Of a DNA stretch of 64,000 bases, positions 1-17,545 are shown in pieces (position 1 is the stretch's first letter; each line of letters opens with the position of its first letter). Source of the stretch: Blastocystis sp. Blastoise (lineage: Eukaryota; Protista; Bigyra: Opalinata). Location of the stretch: assembly GCA_039096225.1 (NCBI GenBank), contig JBBPEB010000014.1:1302001-1366000 (forward strand), in the 5' to 3' direction. Under the pieces are notes generated by a model. The model saw only the letters and a program-made list of their open reading frames with translations, had not been told where the DNA came from and made no database searches. A program made the translations under genes and the position numbers.

Positions 1-660
1 TATATTTTCAGCTAATATCATGTTTTGAAAAATATCATATATGGATTCAGATTCAATTACACAAATATTTTTTTATAATTATAATTTATTTATATATAAA
101 GCAAGTATTATTCTATATTTGTATATCTCATTAATGGCCTATTATCTTTATCATGTCTAATAGGCAAAAGCTACATCATAAAACTTATAAATGACTTATA
201 ATAGAGTTTCAAACATACCAGAAGTCGATGATATTCATATCTACTGTTTCGATATATAAAATAATCGGTAAAACTTATCCTATCATATGAAAACAAAATA
301 ATTCTCATCTCTATAGAATAATCATGAATATGTTTTAGACCGAAAACAAGTATTTCGTCCAATAAATAGGTACATATTATGAGAAATGAATGGTAATTTA
401 TGATGTATCATGTTTTATTTAGGATATATATATTATCATAAGGCCCATAATTTTATGAATGGTTTTTCATTTTCTTGTTTTTCCTTTCATTTCACAAAAA
501 ACTTTTGGTATGTCTCTCTATTTATCATACATATATTTGATATTTTACTATTCTATTTTTATATTATATGCATACATTTGATATGGTGAATAATTGTTTT
601 CTTTTTATAGCGGTTAAATTTGATTGAGTTAAGTTATCTATTTCTCTGTCTCCGTGTAAA

Positions 661-1632
661 ATGAGTTCTCGTACTTATTCTGATAAGAAAAACGCCTACT
701 TTGAACGTGTTCATGAAATTCTCACTGAATACAACAAACTTTTCTTTGTTGAAATTGATCACGTTACTTCTAAGCAAATTGCTGATATCCGTAAGTCTCT
801 CCGTGGTGAAGCTGTTCTCCTTTTCGGTAAGAAGACTATGATCAGATGTTGTATTCACCAATATCTTCATCATCATCATGAACATCCTATTAAACAAATT
901 GTTGATAAGATTCATGGTAACTGTGGTCTTGTTTTCGTTAAGAACGATTTAGCTCATGTTAAGGAAGTTATTCTTGAAAATAAGGTTCCTGCTCCCGCTA
1001 AGGTCGGTACTCACGCTCCCGTTGAAGTTATTGTCCCTGCCGGTCCTACTGGTTGCGATCCTTCTCAAACCAACTGGTTCCAAGCTCTTAATATTCCCAC
1101 TAAGATTGTCAAGGGTCAAATTGAAATTGCTAACCCTATTACTCTTATTAAAGTCGGTGAAAAGGTTCTCCCTGGTCAAGCTGCTCTTTTAGATAAGCTT
1201 AACATTCGTCCTTTCTCTTATGGTATGAAGATCACTCTTGTCTATGATGATGGTGCTATCTATGATCCTAAGGTTCTTGATCTTAAGGAATCCGATATTC
1301 TCGGTTCTTTCTTCGCTGCCGTCAATAAGGTTGCTGCTATTTCTCTTGCTTGTGGTTATCCTACCCTTGCTTCTATGCCTCACTCTATCAACAACGCTTT
1401 CAAGAAGCTTGTTGCTATTGTTGCTAATGAAGGTATTGATTATACTTTCCCTAAGGCTGAACCTTTCCTTGCTTATCTTGCTGATCCTTCTGCCTTTGCT
1501 GTAGCTGCTGCTCCTGCTGCTTCTACTGATGCTCCTGCTGAAGAAGAAAAGAAAGAAGAAGAAGAAGAAGAAGAAGAAGACTTAGGTGGTGCTGGTGGTC
1601 TTTTCGGTGGTGATGATGATGATGACTGGTAA
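661..1632 (+). CDS. RPLP0: 60S acidic ribosomal protein P0 (uL10)
   Basis: Intronless 323-aa ORF with GKKTMIR, VPAPAKVG, GPTGCDPSQT and IVKGQIEI motifs, an Ala-rich hinge and acidic GGLFG tail. Probable 5'UTR intron at 508-610 (GTATGT..TAG). Confidence 0.97.
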   Translation: MSSRTYSDKKNAYFERVHEILTEYNKLFFVEIDHVTSKQIADIRKSLRGEAVLLFGKKTMIRCCIHQYLHHHHEHPIKQIVDKIHGNCGLVFVKNDLAHVKEVILENKVPAPAKVGTHAPVEVIVPAGPTGCDPSQTNWFQALNIPTKIVKGQIEIANPITLIKVGEKVLPGQAALLDKLNIRPFSYGMKITLVYDDGAIYDPKVLDLKESDILGSFFAAVNKVAAISLACGYPTLASMPHSINNAFKKLVAIVANEGIDYTFPKAEPFLAYLADPSAFAVAAAPAASTDAPAEEEKKEEEEEEEEDLGGAGGLFGGDDDDDW

Positions 1633-1832
1633 ATCATTTAGCCAAAGACAGTTTATAGTCTTAAACACTGTTAAACTCATAATTCAATCAATCTGCAAAT
1701 TTTGTTTTGTTTTTCTTTTTGTAAAAAATATATATAGTTTTTAATTATTTTAAATAACGAAACAATGAAAAGATAAGATAGCTTTCTAATATAATTAAGA
1801 AACTATATATAATATGTGCTTTTTAAAATTTT

Positions 1833-3074
1833 TTATTCGTTACTATTTTCATGTTGATGTTCTTTTAAGGTTTCTACAACTTTCTCAACATTAGCTTCAA
1901 GATAAAGACTAGTAGCTTCAACATAAACATTACCCTATATATTATAATATTATTTTAGACAATAATAAATAAATAATAAATATAATAAATAAATAATAAA
2001 TATAATAATAATAAATAATAAATATAATAAATATAATAATAATAACAAAAATACTTCAATATCTTGTACACTAGCTTCCATAAAATACTTTCGGCGATCT
2101 TTCTGAGTTAAATGACCTTTTACAATTACTAAATATAACATAATAATATATATATATATGCTAAAAACTAAAAATAATAAATATGACAATAAAAAATAAT
2201 AGAATGTATAATTAATAGAAGAAAAATGAAATAATAGATATACAAGTAGAATTAGCAAGTACAGGTTTTCTATAATTAATATTAAGATTGGCTGTAAATC
2301 CTCTTGGAGCTAAAAATGCAAATAAGATTCCAAAGTATTGATCTAACATAGCTGCTGTCGATCCTCCATGTGCAACACCTATATTTATAGAGTAATTAGG
2401 GATAAAATCAATTGTTATTATATATATATATATATATAGCGATTATATATATACCTGGATGACCACACATTTGATCTCCATAAGTAACAATCGCCCAACT
2501 ATATACATATTATAAACAATAATAATAATAATAATATATATATTAATATCATAAATAAAAGAAAATATACCATGCTTTCTTCTCATTATTAAAAAAACAA
2601 ATATAATTTTCAAAGAATAGAAATATGAATAGAATAAGATAAATAATACATTTTCAAAAAGATGTGGTTTTGCTAATGTATCATAGAGAAAGTTATTTTT
2701 AGGATCATACCAAGGCTTGGCGTGATCTAATTCAAAACCTTCTGTTTCACATAGAGAAACGTAAGGAATGACACGAGGATCTTTAAGATTATTCACTGGT
2801 CTAGAGTATATGTCATCTAACGATTCATCAGCATATATAGGATTTTGTTTCACATAATATACAAGTCCACCACAAGCAAGAATACCAAATACAGATGTTG
2901 TTAGAAACTTAGAAGAAACTCTATTCATCGTAGCTGCTGAAGAAAGAGCTCTTTTTGACTCATTCTATAAACAAAGTGATTTATTACTTAAATAATTCAT
3001 AATCTGTTGCCAACGATAAAACATAAAATTCAAAATCATTGCATATATATATATAATACATACATTAAAAACAT
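1833..3074 (-). CDS. THEM4/PaaI-like hot-dog-fold acyl-CoA thioesterase, probably organelle-targeted (multi-exon)
   Basis: Spliced product contains WAIVTYGDQMCGHPGVAHGGSTAAMLDQ...FTANLNINYRKPV; stop at 1833-1835. The 5' end is uncertain (ATG at 3074 via an intron, or at 2928). One junction near 2582-2649 is ambiguous. Confidence 0.85.
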
Positions 3075-3320
3075 TTTTGCAGATGCGTGGTATAAAACGT
3101 TTACACGAATAGGAAAAAGCACTAAACATGATACCAATACAAAACTAGTATAATGAATATAAAAATAGTATCTTTTGATCAAATCAATCAAAAAAGATTA
3201 TTTGTAAAGAAAAGCATTTCTTTTTCTTACTGGAAACAACTGAAGGCATTTCAGCCAATTCAACCCTTAGGTTTCATTTCTCATTCAGTTTTTTTCAGTT
3301 ATTTGCTTTTCTTTCTAAAT

Positions 3321-5354
3321 ATGCAGCGTTTATTATTCACATCACTTAAACGCATTAATTTCAAACCGATTCCATTAATTCAATCATCATTTATCCGGTT
3401 TCGATCCACAATGTATATATTAAACTCTATTAGCTTATATTATAAAGGAAGACATCAAAAGTCAAAACTATCGAGCCAAATGCTGTTAAGAGTGTTGCTC
3501 TTAATACCGCGTTAAAACAAATTGAAGCTCAATTTGGAAAAGGTGCTGTAATGAAGCTTGGAGATCGTGAACACTTAGAAATTCCCGTTATTAGTACGGG
3601 ATCTTTAACAGTGGATAAAGCATTAGGTAATTCTATAATTCTATATAAATCTACATAATTATAGGTATTTCTATAATTCTATATATATATATCTACATAA
3701 TTATAGGTATTTCTATAATTCTATAAATGTACATAATTATAGGTATTTTTATAATTCTATAAATGTACATAATTATAGGTATTTACGGACTCCCAAGAGG
3801 TAGAATTGTAGAAATATATGGTCCTGAAAGTAGTGGTAAAACTTCACTAGCACTGATGACTGTTGCTCAAGCTCAGAAAACTGGAGGATTATGTACATTT
3901 ATAGATGCAGGTATATTTGAAAAATATATAATTTAGGTTTAAAGTATTTAAAGTATTGTTTTTGTTTTATTATGAATATATGCGTTTTCATTTGTTGTTA
4001 AGAATCTATAAAAAAAATTGTTATTAGTTTATTTATATTATATATATATATAGAGCATGCTTTAGATCCTTCTTATGCTGAGAAACTAGGTGTTAATATA
4101 AAAGACTTATATATTTCTCAACCTGATAGTGGAGAACAAGCTTTAGAGATTTGTGATTCTTTGGTTCGTAGTGGAACTATGGATGTAATCGTCGTGGATT
4201 CGGTAGCTGCTCTTGTTCCTAAAGCAGAAGTAGAAGGATCCATGGGTGACCAACATATGGCATTACAAGTATACATATTATTTATAATTATTATATTATA
4301 TTATGTGTTATGTTATTGATAGATACAACTCTATTCATAGTGTTTTATATTTTATTAATATTTCATCTATTCATATTTATAACTAGTTAATATATTATTC
4401 TAATATATATTGATTATCATATATTTACGTTCTATCTATATATTTTCCTACTTTTAGGCTCGTTTGATGAGTCAAGCTCTTCGTAAATTAACAGGTTCTA
4501 TAAGTAAATCGAATACAGTATTAATCTTTATTAATCAAATAAGAAGTAAGGTTGGTGTTTTATTTGGAAGCCCTGAAGTCACTCCAGGAGGTAATGCCTT
4601 GAAGTTCTATTGCTCTATTCGAATGGATATTCGTAGAAAAACACAAATTAAACAAGGAGATGAAGTATGTAATTAGTATTAGTATCACTATATCGAGATT
4701 AAAATAAAATATATATATGTTTATTTTTATTTTTATTTATTTAATAAATTTTATGATATTTTATATGTTATATATATTTTATTAGATTATTGGATATGAA
4801 ACAACTGTAAAAGTGGTTAAAAACAAATGTTCTCCTCCCTTTAAAGTTGCTTCCTTTAATATGTTATTTGGAGAAGGAATAGATAAATATGGTGAGATCT
4901 TTGATATAGCTGTACAAGAAGGACTCATTAAAAAAAGTGGTTCATGGTTTAGTTATCAAGGTATATATATATATTATTTTATAATGATGAAAAGGATTCT
5001 AGAAATAATAGTTGCTTTAATAATAATAATAATATTATTATTAGAGTTTTATATTGTAATTATTATAAATGCTTGATTGAATTATATAATTATATATAGT
5101 AACTCTATTATTATTTATATATAGGTGAGAATTTATCTCAAGGTAGACCTCAAGGTATAAAATATTTAAAAGAGAATCCTGATTTTTATAATACATTGAT
5201 GCAAGCTATTAAGACACAATGGGCTACACCAGTGACTTCAACTGATACTAATATCAATAATAAAGGAGACAAAAATGATGAAGACTCTGTGTCTGAAGAA
5301 TTTTTACCTGAAACGACTGATCCTGATAACTCTGAATCAAGTGATAAACAATAA
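3321..5354 (+). CDS. recA: Bacterial-type RecA with N-terminal mitochondrial-type presequence; exons 3321-3412, 3448-3626, 3779-3910, 4054-4268, 4458-4664, 4786-4960, 5125-5354
   Basis: [72 protein letters not shown] and VVKNK motifs. All junctions are GT-AG and in frame. Confidence 0.96.
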
Positions 5355-6059
5355 ATCATTTATAGATAACAATTATTTCGTTATATAGTTCTCATATAAA
5401 GTAGTGAATAGTTTGTATAGTTTTTTGCTATTGAAAACATCGTTGACACATGTTCACCCTCTAATTATTGGATATAAACATATGCGATTGATGTTTATCA
5501 AGAAAATGAAACTATTTCGTGTTTAATAAGAGGGAAAAACATTTTTTTTTCTAAATTACTCTCAAAAACTTGTTCGTACCATGATATTTGCAAACTCAAA
5601 GTCACTATTTATAATAAGAGACCGTTGCGAATGTAAAATATTAAAAAAAAACTCCATTCAACGACTATTCGAGAATAAAATCAGGAAAAAATCTTTTGCT
5701 ATGCGTATCACTGTGCGTCCTTTAAACGTAAGATACATCCCGTATGCATAAGATATAGATTGTATACGAGATTGAGATAAGAATGACGAGTTTATAAGTA
5801 TTGTTCTATTCAAGATAAATGATGATACTGAAATGTCATGTTAATTATAAGAAATCGAATTGGTCACTGTACATGTGGAACAATGAGTCATTCATGTCAG
5901 TTATTATCCAATAAAATTGTAGAATTACTATCATTCTATTGGATAAAAGTTGAGATTAACCATACATATAATCTGAAAATGGTGGTAACTAAAGGAGAAA
6001 CTTTTCACAATACAAAGTCTATTGTGGTTTTTAAACAATTGTTTTTTGTTAATAACAAA

Positions 6060-9936
<3,877 letters not shown>

Positions 9937-10235
9937 AAGACATCGTTCTATTCACTAACAATGTTCTAATATTTCTATTTCGTTTTGTTCCACTAATTTA
10001 TTTTAATTTATTTTTTTTCAATTTTTAAAAATATTATTGCAAGGAATACAACAATATATTCTTCTCTATCTTTTGAAAACATTGTGTTCATTATTATTTT
10101 ACTCATAGAACGAAAATTCGTTGTCAAAACCCTTAAAACAACGTCACTTTTTGTGTTACCGTTTAATTTTCTTTTTCCTTTTTCTTATTTATAAAGAAAA
10201 TATCATTTGCTTTATTACTCTAATTTTATATAAAT

Positions 10236-11780
10236 ATGAGTAATAAACAAAATTATCACATTCCTACACGTTGGTTCATTGCGTCAGCATGTGGTGTATT
10301 GGCTGAATTCATAAATCTGCCTTTGGATCTTATAAAGGTACGTATGCAACTTGCAGGTGAAGGACAAATGTCTGCTGTTATGACATCTAAGAGTTCTAAT
10401 GCACTGAAAACAGCTGTAGGTGTTGTTAAGAAGGAAGGTATCAAATCATTATTCGCAGGTGGACATAGTGCTCTTGTCAGACAATTAGTGTGCAATGGAC
10501 TAGGAATAGGATTATATAAACCACTGAAAGACTATTTATTTGGTCGAAATGTGCGTAATACATTTGGTCAACGAGTTACTGTTTCTGTTATCACTGGATT
10601 TTTTGGTCAATTATTCACTTTACCTCTTGTATATATTAAAAATAAAAAATATGAAAATAAATAATAGATATGCTTATGTCAAAGAGCTTTAATCATTTTC
10701 TTTGTCATTCTATTCATTCTATTTTATATATTTTTATTCATTAAAATAACTCATTATTTTTCGTATATATATGTATATATATAAAGGATGTTGTAAAAGT
10801 CCGTATGCAAGCAGATGGTCGATTATTATATAAGGGTATATCTCCTCGCTATACTTCTATTTCTAATGCTATGGTCAATATACTTCGAACGGAGGGATGG
10901 AAGACGTTCTTTGTAGGGGCATATCCTGCTCTTATTCGATGTACATGTATGTCTATTAGCGGCGTAGCTTGCTACGATCAATCCAGAGAATTTATTAAAG
11001 GGTATATACTATTGTGATTATGATTAGATTTTTATATCTTTATTATGATTATGATTATATTTTTATTGTTATAATAATAACTAATATATAATATATAAGG
11101 AATCCTAGGACATGATGATATGAATAGTTTTTATTATCGAACAATATACAGTACATTTGCGTCCCTCATTAGTGGAATACTAACCACGTGCGTGTCGAAT
11201 CCATTTGATGTTATAAAAACAAGAATGATGAATCAAAGAAAAGTATATATAGAAATTTAAAATATTTATAATCATAATAATTTATTTTATTTATTAATAT
11301 TCTAGTAATCTTTTTATTATCTTCTCATAGTATTAATAATAATATATTATATCCAGATATTCTATTGTTCATTATATAAAAAATGATATACTGTATAAAA
11401 ACTCATGGGATTGCTTTATTAAAGTATTTTATTAAGGATTATTGGTTTTTGTTATATATATATATATATAGACTATTTAAATCTTAATTATATATATATA
11501 TAGACATTAACAAAAGAAGGACCTTTTGCTTTTGGAAAGGGATTTGGAGTAACTGTATTAAGAATTGTTATATATATATATATTTATCTATTATTATTAT
11601 TATATCTATAATCACTATTATAAATTAACTATATTATTCATTCACTATATTTTTATAATAATTAAATATAATACATATAATTATAAATCTATAACAATTC
11701 TAGTTCCTTGGCAATTTATATTCTTTAATACGACAGAGATTATGTCACGATATTTATTACATGATTCTCTAACTAGGTAG
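10236..11780 (+). CDS. Mitochondrial carrier family (SLC25; UCP/dicarboxylate-oxoglutarate-like), 6 exons, at least two junctions not resolvable as GT-AG
   Basis: Three Px[D/E]xx[K/R] signatures (PLDLIKVRMQ, PLDVVKVRMQ, PFDVIKTRMM), plus YKNSWDC and KGF..LRIVPW. Confidence 0.88.
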
Positions 11781-12064
11781 TATTCATTGCCTATTTATAT
11801 TCATTTATGTACATTCCTTTAATGTATGGTTTTCTTTTCTTATTGTTAGATGTTTAATAGTAACATTCTGTGAGGTTTTGGACTATTTTAAATTGTGTTT
11901 TGTAATCTGTTATATATATATAAACTCTAAACATTTCTAATTATTTATTAAACAACAAAAAATGATATCATTATGTTAATTTAAATATAATATAAAAAGA
12001 CATAATATAAAGTTTTCATTAAAAAGCTATATATATTATTGATATTCAATATGAATAATTTAAT

Positions 12065-13695
12065 TTATTTTCTTCCCCAGACTTCATAATCTTCGACTAT
12101 AAAATAATTTGTAGATTTCATGTTATTTGTATTTACAAATAAAGAGTTCTTCTGAGGAGTATCTACAAAAGTAAATGATGACGCTTTGACCCAAGCATTA
12201 TTATTACTCGAATGACAATTATTCTCTATCGCTATATCAGTACCACCTCCAAATACAGGACCATAAGAAGAAGAACAATAGATACCTCTACCTTTACCAT
12301 TATGTAGATATTGAGTAGGAGGAATATTATGTTCATTACTTAAGGTAAATACAAATTCTTTAGAAGGAGACTTATCACAATTATATGTTTTTGATTCCCA
12401 ACTTTGATCTGTATATCCTCCAAATATATTTATGTGATTATCATGACCTTTATGTTTGATTATAGTTACTGTTTCTCCTTGATTATCACAATATTTATGA
12501 AATTCAGCAACAGAATAATTATGCTCACTTGCTCTATATATATTTATGTATATTAAGAAAATTATATGCATTATAAAATGTAATATATAAAAAAAATGAA
12601 ATTTTTTAAAAACAAAAATGAAATAATAATAATAATAAATAATATTAATAAAAATATATACCTAAATAATAGTTTCCATTTCTTTCCGAGTCCCATCCAA
12701 TTTTGTAGTTGATAATCCATCTCTTTATTAATAATAATGGAGTCTTTAAACTGTGGTTTTGTTTGTAAGCATTCATGAACTTCTTGTATTCCTTTATTAC
12801 CAAATAAATCATATAGTTCATCCTCAAATACTTTTCTATTAATATCTGTTAGTTTATCTTCTTCTATATCTATATATCCATTATTTATATATTCATAAAT
12901 ATAATCAATATAATCATATTTCTTTTCAATATATAAATTACTATTTGTATGGTTATAATTTAGATATCCATGATTGTTTTTATTAATATAAGAATACCAT
13001 ATTTCATTCTTAATCAAGTAAGCTTTTACAATAGTATCTTTCTTTCCATTTATTATCAAATCAACTTCATCACCTTCTTCGTATTTCTTTATCTTTCGAT
13101 CTCTTCTCTCTCTACAATCTAGTAAGGTAACAGGTGTTGGTAAATTACAAAACTCAAATAAATTTAAAATATCTAACTGCTCTTCGTATTCAAAAGAACT
13201 AAAATCAGTATCTTTACCATTCAAGTAATCCAATACGTAATAAACGGAGGCTTCATTTCCATCATAACCAACAAATATTGTTCCATCATCAGTTCGTAGT
13301 TCATCAGATCGTTGTTCGGATATATAAGAAAAGGGTATTGAGTCTAAAAGAGATTTCGATATTTTAAATATCGGTCCATTATTCGTAAAACGAATCAAAT
13401 CCATGTCATTATAACTAGACTCATCACTAGAACAAATATCAATGTTCGTTATTTCAGAATTATTCTTGTTTCCAACAGATTCACTAACTGAACTAGAAAG
13501 ATCACTATCTTGTTCTATACAATCATCACCAATATGTTTGATTAGACGGGTTATAGATGCTCTAGAATGAATACTTAAATTCAGCACTGATGAGAATACA
13601 CTCACAACGTCTTTCAATAATTCTTCATACACAACAATATCTTCCTTCAATCGAGTATATCGGTCAATATCAAGGAGAACTCTTTCCTTTACCAT
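12065..13695 (-). CDS. TLDc-domain protein with upstream BTB/POZ-like segments; one intron at 12534-12661
   Basis: WKLLFRASEH..FHKYCDNQGETVTIIK..IFGGYT..FVFTL..YGPVFGGG..DYEVW is a typical TLDc domain. Confidence 0.88.
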
Positions 13696-14545
13696 TTTAA
13701 AAGAAATTAAAGAATGAAAATGAAAATGAAAATTTTTGTTTTTTTTTGTTTATTAGTTATGTCACACTAAGATTTTCATGAAAAATAAGTGCCTAATTTA
13801 GTTCATGATAGATAAATGACTCAATATTGTTATAATATATCGTTTGATGGGCAATCAAATGGAAATAATCTCAACTGATTCGTTTATTATTTGTTAGATA
13901 TATGTAGATTATTTTAATAATATGATAGATTATCTGAAATTGAGACATATTCTATTGGATCTATAAAAATATATTAAAAACATTGGAATTCTGCTTTCTG
14001 TTTGTCTAAAAAAGTCATTTTCTTGTTCCTAATATATTGAAGACAGTATATACATTCTGTAATATAAAAATAGGGAAAAAATAATAATAAAAGGATCTAA
14101 GGCTGAATTTAAAAGTATTTCTCTTTGTATAACTATTTTAACTAGAGTTATATCTATTTCTCTATTCATACAATACCAAATAAATACATAAATTTGTTAT
14201 TGTTATTTAATTCTTATCTTTTATTGTTGATTAACGTTTTTTTTTCGATATCAATAATTATATTTCTGTTTGATTTATAAATTATTTTGTTTGAAAAGAT
14301 ATTCAAGTATTATTGTGTATAATAATTAAAAGAAATTATCAAAAAATACTATTGTAAGAAATTATCTTATGTTGTCAATGAATAGATATGAAAGGACAAA
14401 GTTAAATAAATGATTTGTTATCAAAATAATAAATGATATTAAAAAATGTAGTAATAAAAATAGCATAATATATATACATATATAACAAAACAAAGAAAAC
14501 GAGAGTATCTCTAGATTAATAATTCTTATTATATAAAAAGATAGA

Positions 14546-15139
14546 TTAGTGATGACGACTTCTCGAATGATTGGTATCATGGGATCGATCACGTGACTTA
14601 TCACGTGACTTATCCTTTCTATGAGTAGTTCTATGACTTGATAAACTGTCTCTTTGAGTATTCGATGATTTCGAGGGTTCTTCAGATTGATTGTACCATA
14701 TATCTTGAGGTTGATATTTATTTGATTTATTCTTATAAGAAGAACTACTACTGTTAGATATATACTTTTTATCCATAGTGTATTTGTCTTCTGTAGGATA
14801 TTTCTCTCTTTTAATTGATTCTTGGTGAGACGAATGATATCGATCTATAGTTTTATTCTTACTACTATCTCGTTCTCTCTCTTTATTCCTTTCTCTTTCA
14901 CTTTCTCTGTCTTTTCTCCTTTCATTCTCTTTAATAGCTTCATTCCCTCTTTCATGATGATGGCGTTTTAAGTCCAAATGATTACTGTGATGACGCTTCT
15001 TGGAACTATATAAATACTCTCATTATATATATATTCTAAATAATGTATTTTATTTTTATATAAATAATAATAAAAAATGAAATAAAAATATAATTGTATC
15101 GTCAATTAAATAAATAATGCCATAAAATAATAATAATAG

Positions 15140-15237
<98 letters not shown>

Positions 15238-17104
15238 TCTTTTCCATGATTTAAAGATTGTTGATTGATATCTGATAGTTGATTCATATTAAGGAGTTCT
15301 GCAAGTGACAATGCTTGTGTTTGTGGATTTGAATTAGGACCTGTTAAGAAGGATAAGTTAGGAAGAGAAGGAGTTTGTGAATAAGATAGAGAGGTAGGAG
15401 CAGAAGAAGGAAGGAAGGGAAGAGAGGGAGGTATGTTTAGAGTAGAAGTTGATGATGATATAGAAGTAGAAGGAGGCATAGAAAGAGGAGTATTAACAGA
15501 CAGTGGAGGTATATTCATATTCATATTCATATTCATATTCATATTATTATTCATATTCATATTCATATTCATATTATTATTCATATTCATATTCATATTC
15601 ATATTATTATTCATATTATTCATATTATTCATATTATTCATATTATTCATATTCATTCCCGTGGTTAATCCTTGTTGTATATAAGGAGATAATATGGGAT
15701 TAATCATAGGATTATTAGTTTGTCCCATGGGAATTTGATTATTCTTGGTAGAATACATTAATGATGTTTGAGGCATAGATAATGAAGGAGAGGAAAGGGA
15801 AAACTGTCCAGGAATAGTATTTATCGAAGTATTATAAGGATGAAGAGAAGAATTAAGATTAGAATCAGAGATATTATTGATATTCATAGATGCAGTATTA
15901 TATATATTCATAGGATTTATAGAATTCATATTCATTGTAGTATTTATAGTATTTTTATTTATAGTATTATTATTTATAGTATTATTATTTATAGTATTAT
16001 TATTGATGGTATTTGTGGGTATGGTTTGAAGTGGTTGTTGATAGGGTAATGTTGGGTTGAGGAGAAGAGGAGAAACAGAGACAGGCAAATAAGGATTAAT
16101 CTATATATATATATATATTTTATTCTTTTAAACAAAGAATAAGAAATATATTAAATAAATAATATATATATATATATATACTTGCTGTTGAAATGCATTT
16201 GCACTTGGATGCCAAAGTGCGTCATTGTCCGGTATATACTGAGAGGCTTTCAAATGATCTTCAGATGATATCTATATATATAGATATATATAGTAGAGAG
16301 AGAGATAAACATTTTTTTTATAGAAAAGAAATATATATATATATATATATAGAGAGAAAGAATAAGACAAATTATGAAATATATATATATATATATAATA
16401 TACTTCCCAAGGAACAGAGCATTCTTGCGGCCCTTTATTCTGTTTTTGTTGTTTTCGATAATTCTAAAAAAAAAGAATTATAAAAAAAATATGTATTTTT
16501 ATGAATAAGAAGAGAGTATTAATAAACAATAATAAATAAAAAAATATAAATTATATAATTAATATATAAATATATTATTAAATAAATAAATAAATAAATA
16601 AAAAATATACTTCCCATGTAGTAGCATTTAAGCCATAATTAAAATAATCTGACAATTTGGCATCCGGATTCATCCATGATTTATCTGTTAGTTTTTCTAA
16701 ATCAATATCAAATGCAGTCATCGTTTTATAATTGGTTGGATAATCAATTCTCCAGAATGGCCATGATTTAGAATCTTTTTTATCAGATCCATCTAAAATA
16801 ATATTGATATTATCATTATCATCGTTGCCTAGAATAATATGAATGGAATCATCATCTTCATCAGAATCAGTAGAACTATCATAACTATCGTAATCATAGC
16901 TACTTGAATCATCTCTATTGTTCTTGTCTTTCAACTCAACACTACTCGAATATATTAAAAATAAAATAGTAATAAACATACAGATTCCCATCTATATCTT
17001 TCTTTGATTCCTTCTTCCTATAGTATATACATAATATAGAATAATATATATAAAATATACTTATATATATGATCAAGGTCACTATAAATATCTGTTGAAT
17101 CCAT
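14546..17104 (-). CDS. Fip1-like pre-mRNA 3'-end processing factor
   Basis: Fip1 motif AFDIDLEKLTDKSWMNPDAKLSDYFNYGLNATTW, an acidic N-terminus, a Pro/Asn/Met low-complexity middle and an RD/RE/RS-rich C-terminus. All junctions can be resolved as GT-AG. Confidence 0.85.
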
Positions 17105-17545
17105 ATTTTTTTAATTATAATGATTTGTAAATGTTTTTAAAGTTATAAATAAATGTATAGTATCGCCTGGCTACAATAACTATATATATATATAAAGAAA
17201 ATTACAAGATGAAATAGAAAATGAGTTTAGACGTAAATTATAAACATATATTTGATTTATACTTGGAAAGTACTGTACTATAGACAGTATTCAATACGAT
17301 GAAGTCTTAATACTATATGAAATAGCAAAGAAATAAGAAATGAATTGAGAAATCATGGGAATCAGGATTATTTTGAAATGAGTAGGTGAAATACGAATTA
17401 AAACATGGAATATCGTCTTTGTTGTGAAGAGCGAATTAAAAAATATGGGTAAAAAACATATATAATCATGATTGTATGGGGTGAATTTTAGGTTAAGAAA
17501 TTGATGATGATGAAAGACAAATAAGTATATTTCTATTATATCATC

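Noticed and set aside
3627-3778. CRISPR-like repeat array
   Set aside because: No unique spacers, eukaryotic context, and it lies inside an intron.
10920-10928. ATATCCT/GTATCCT U12-like donors here and at about 6677
   Set aside because: They lie within conserved coding sequence with no frame disruption.
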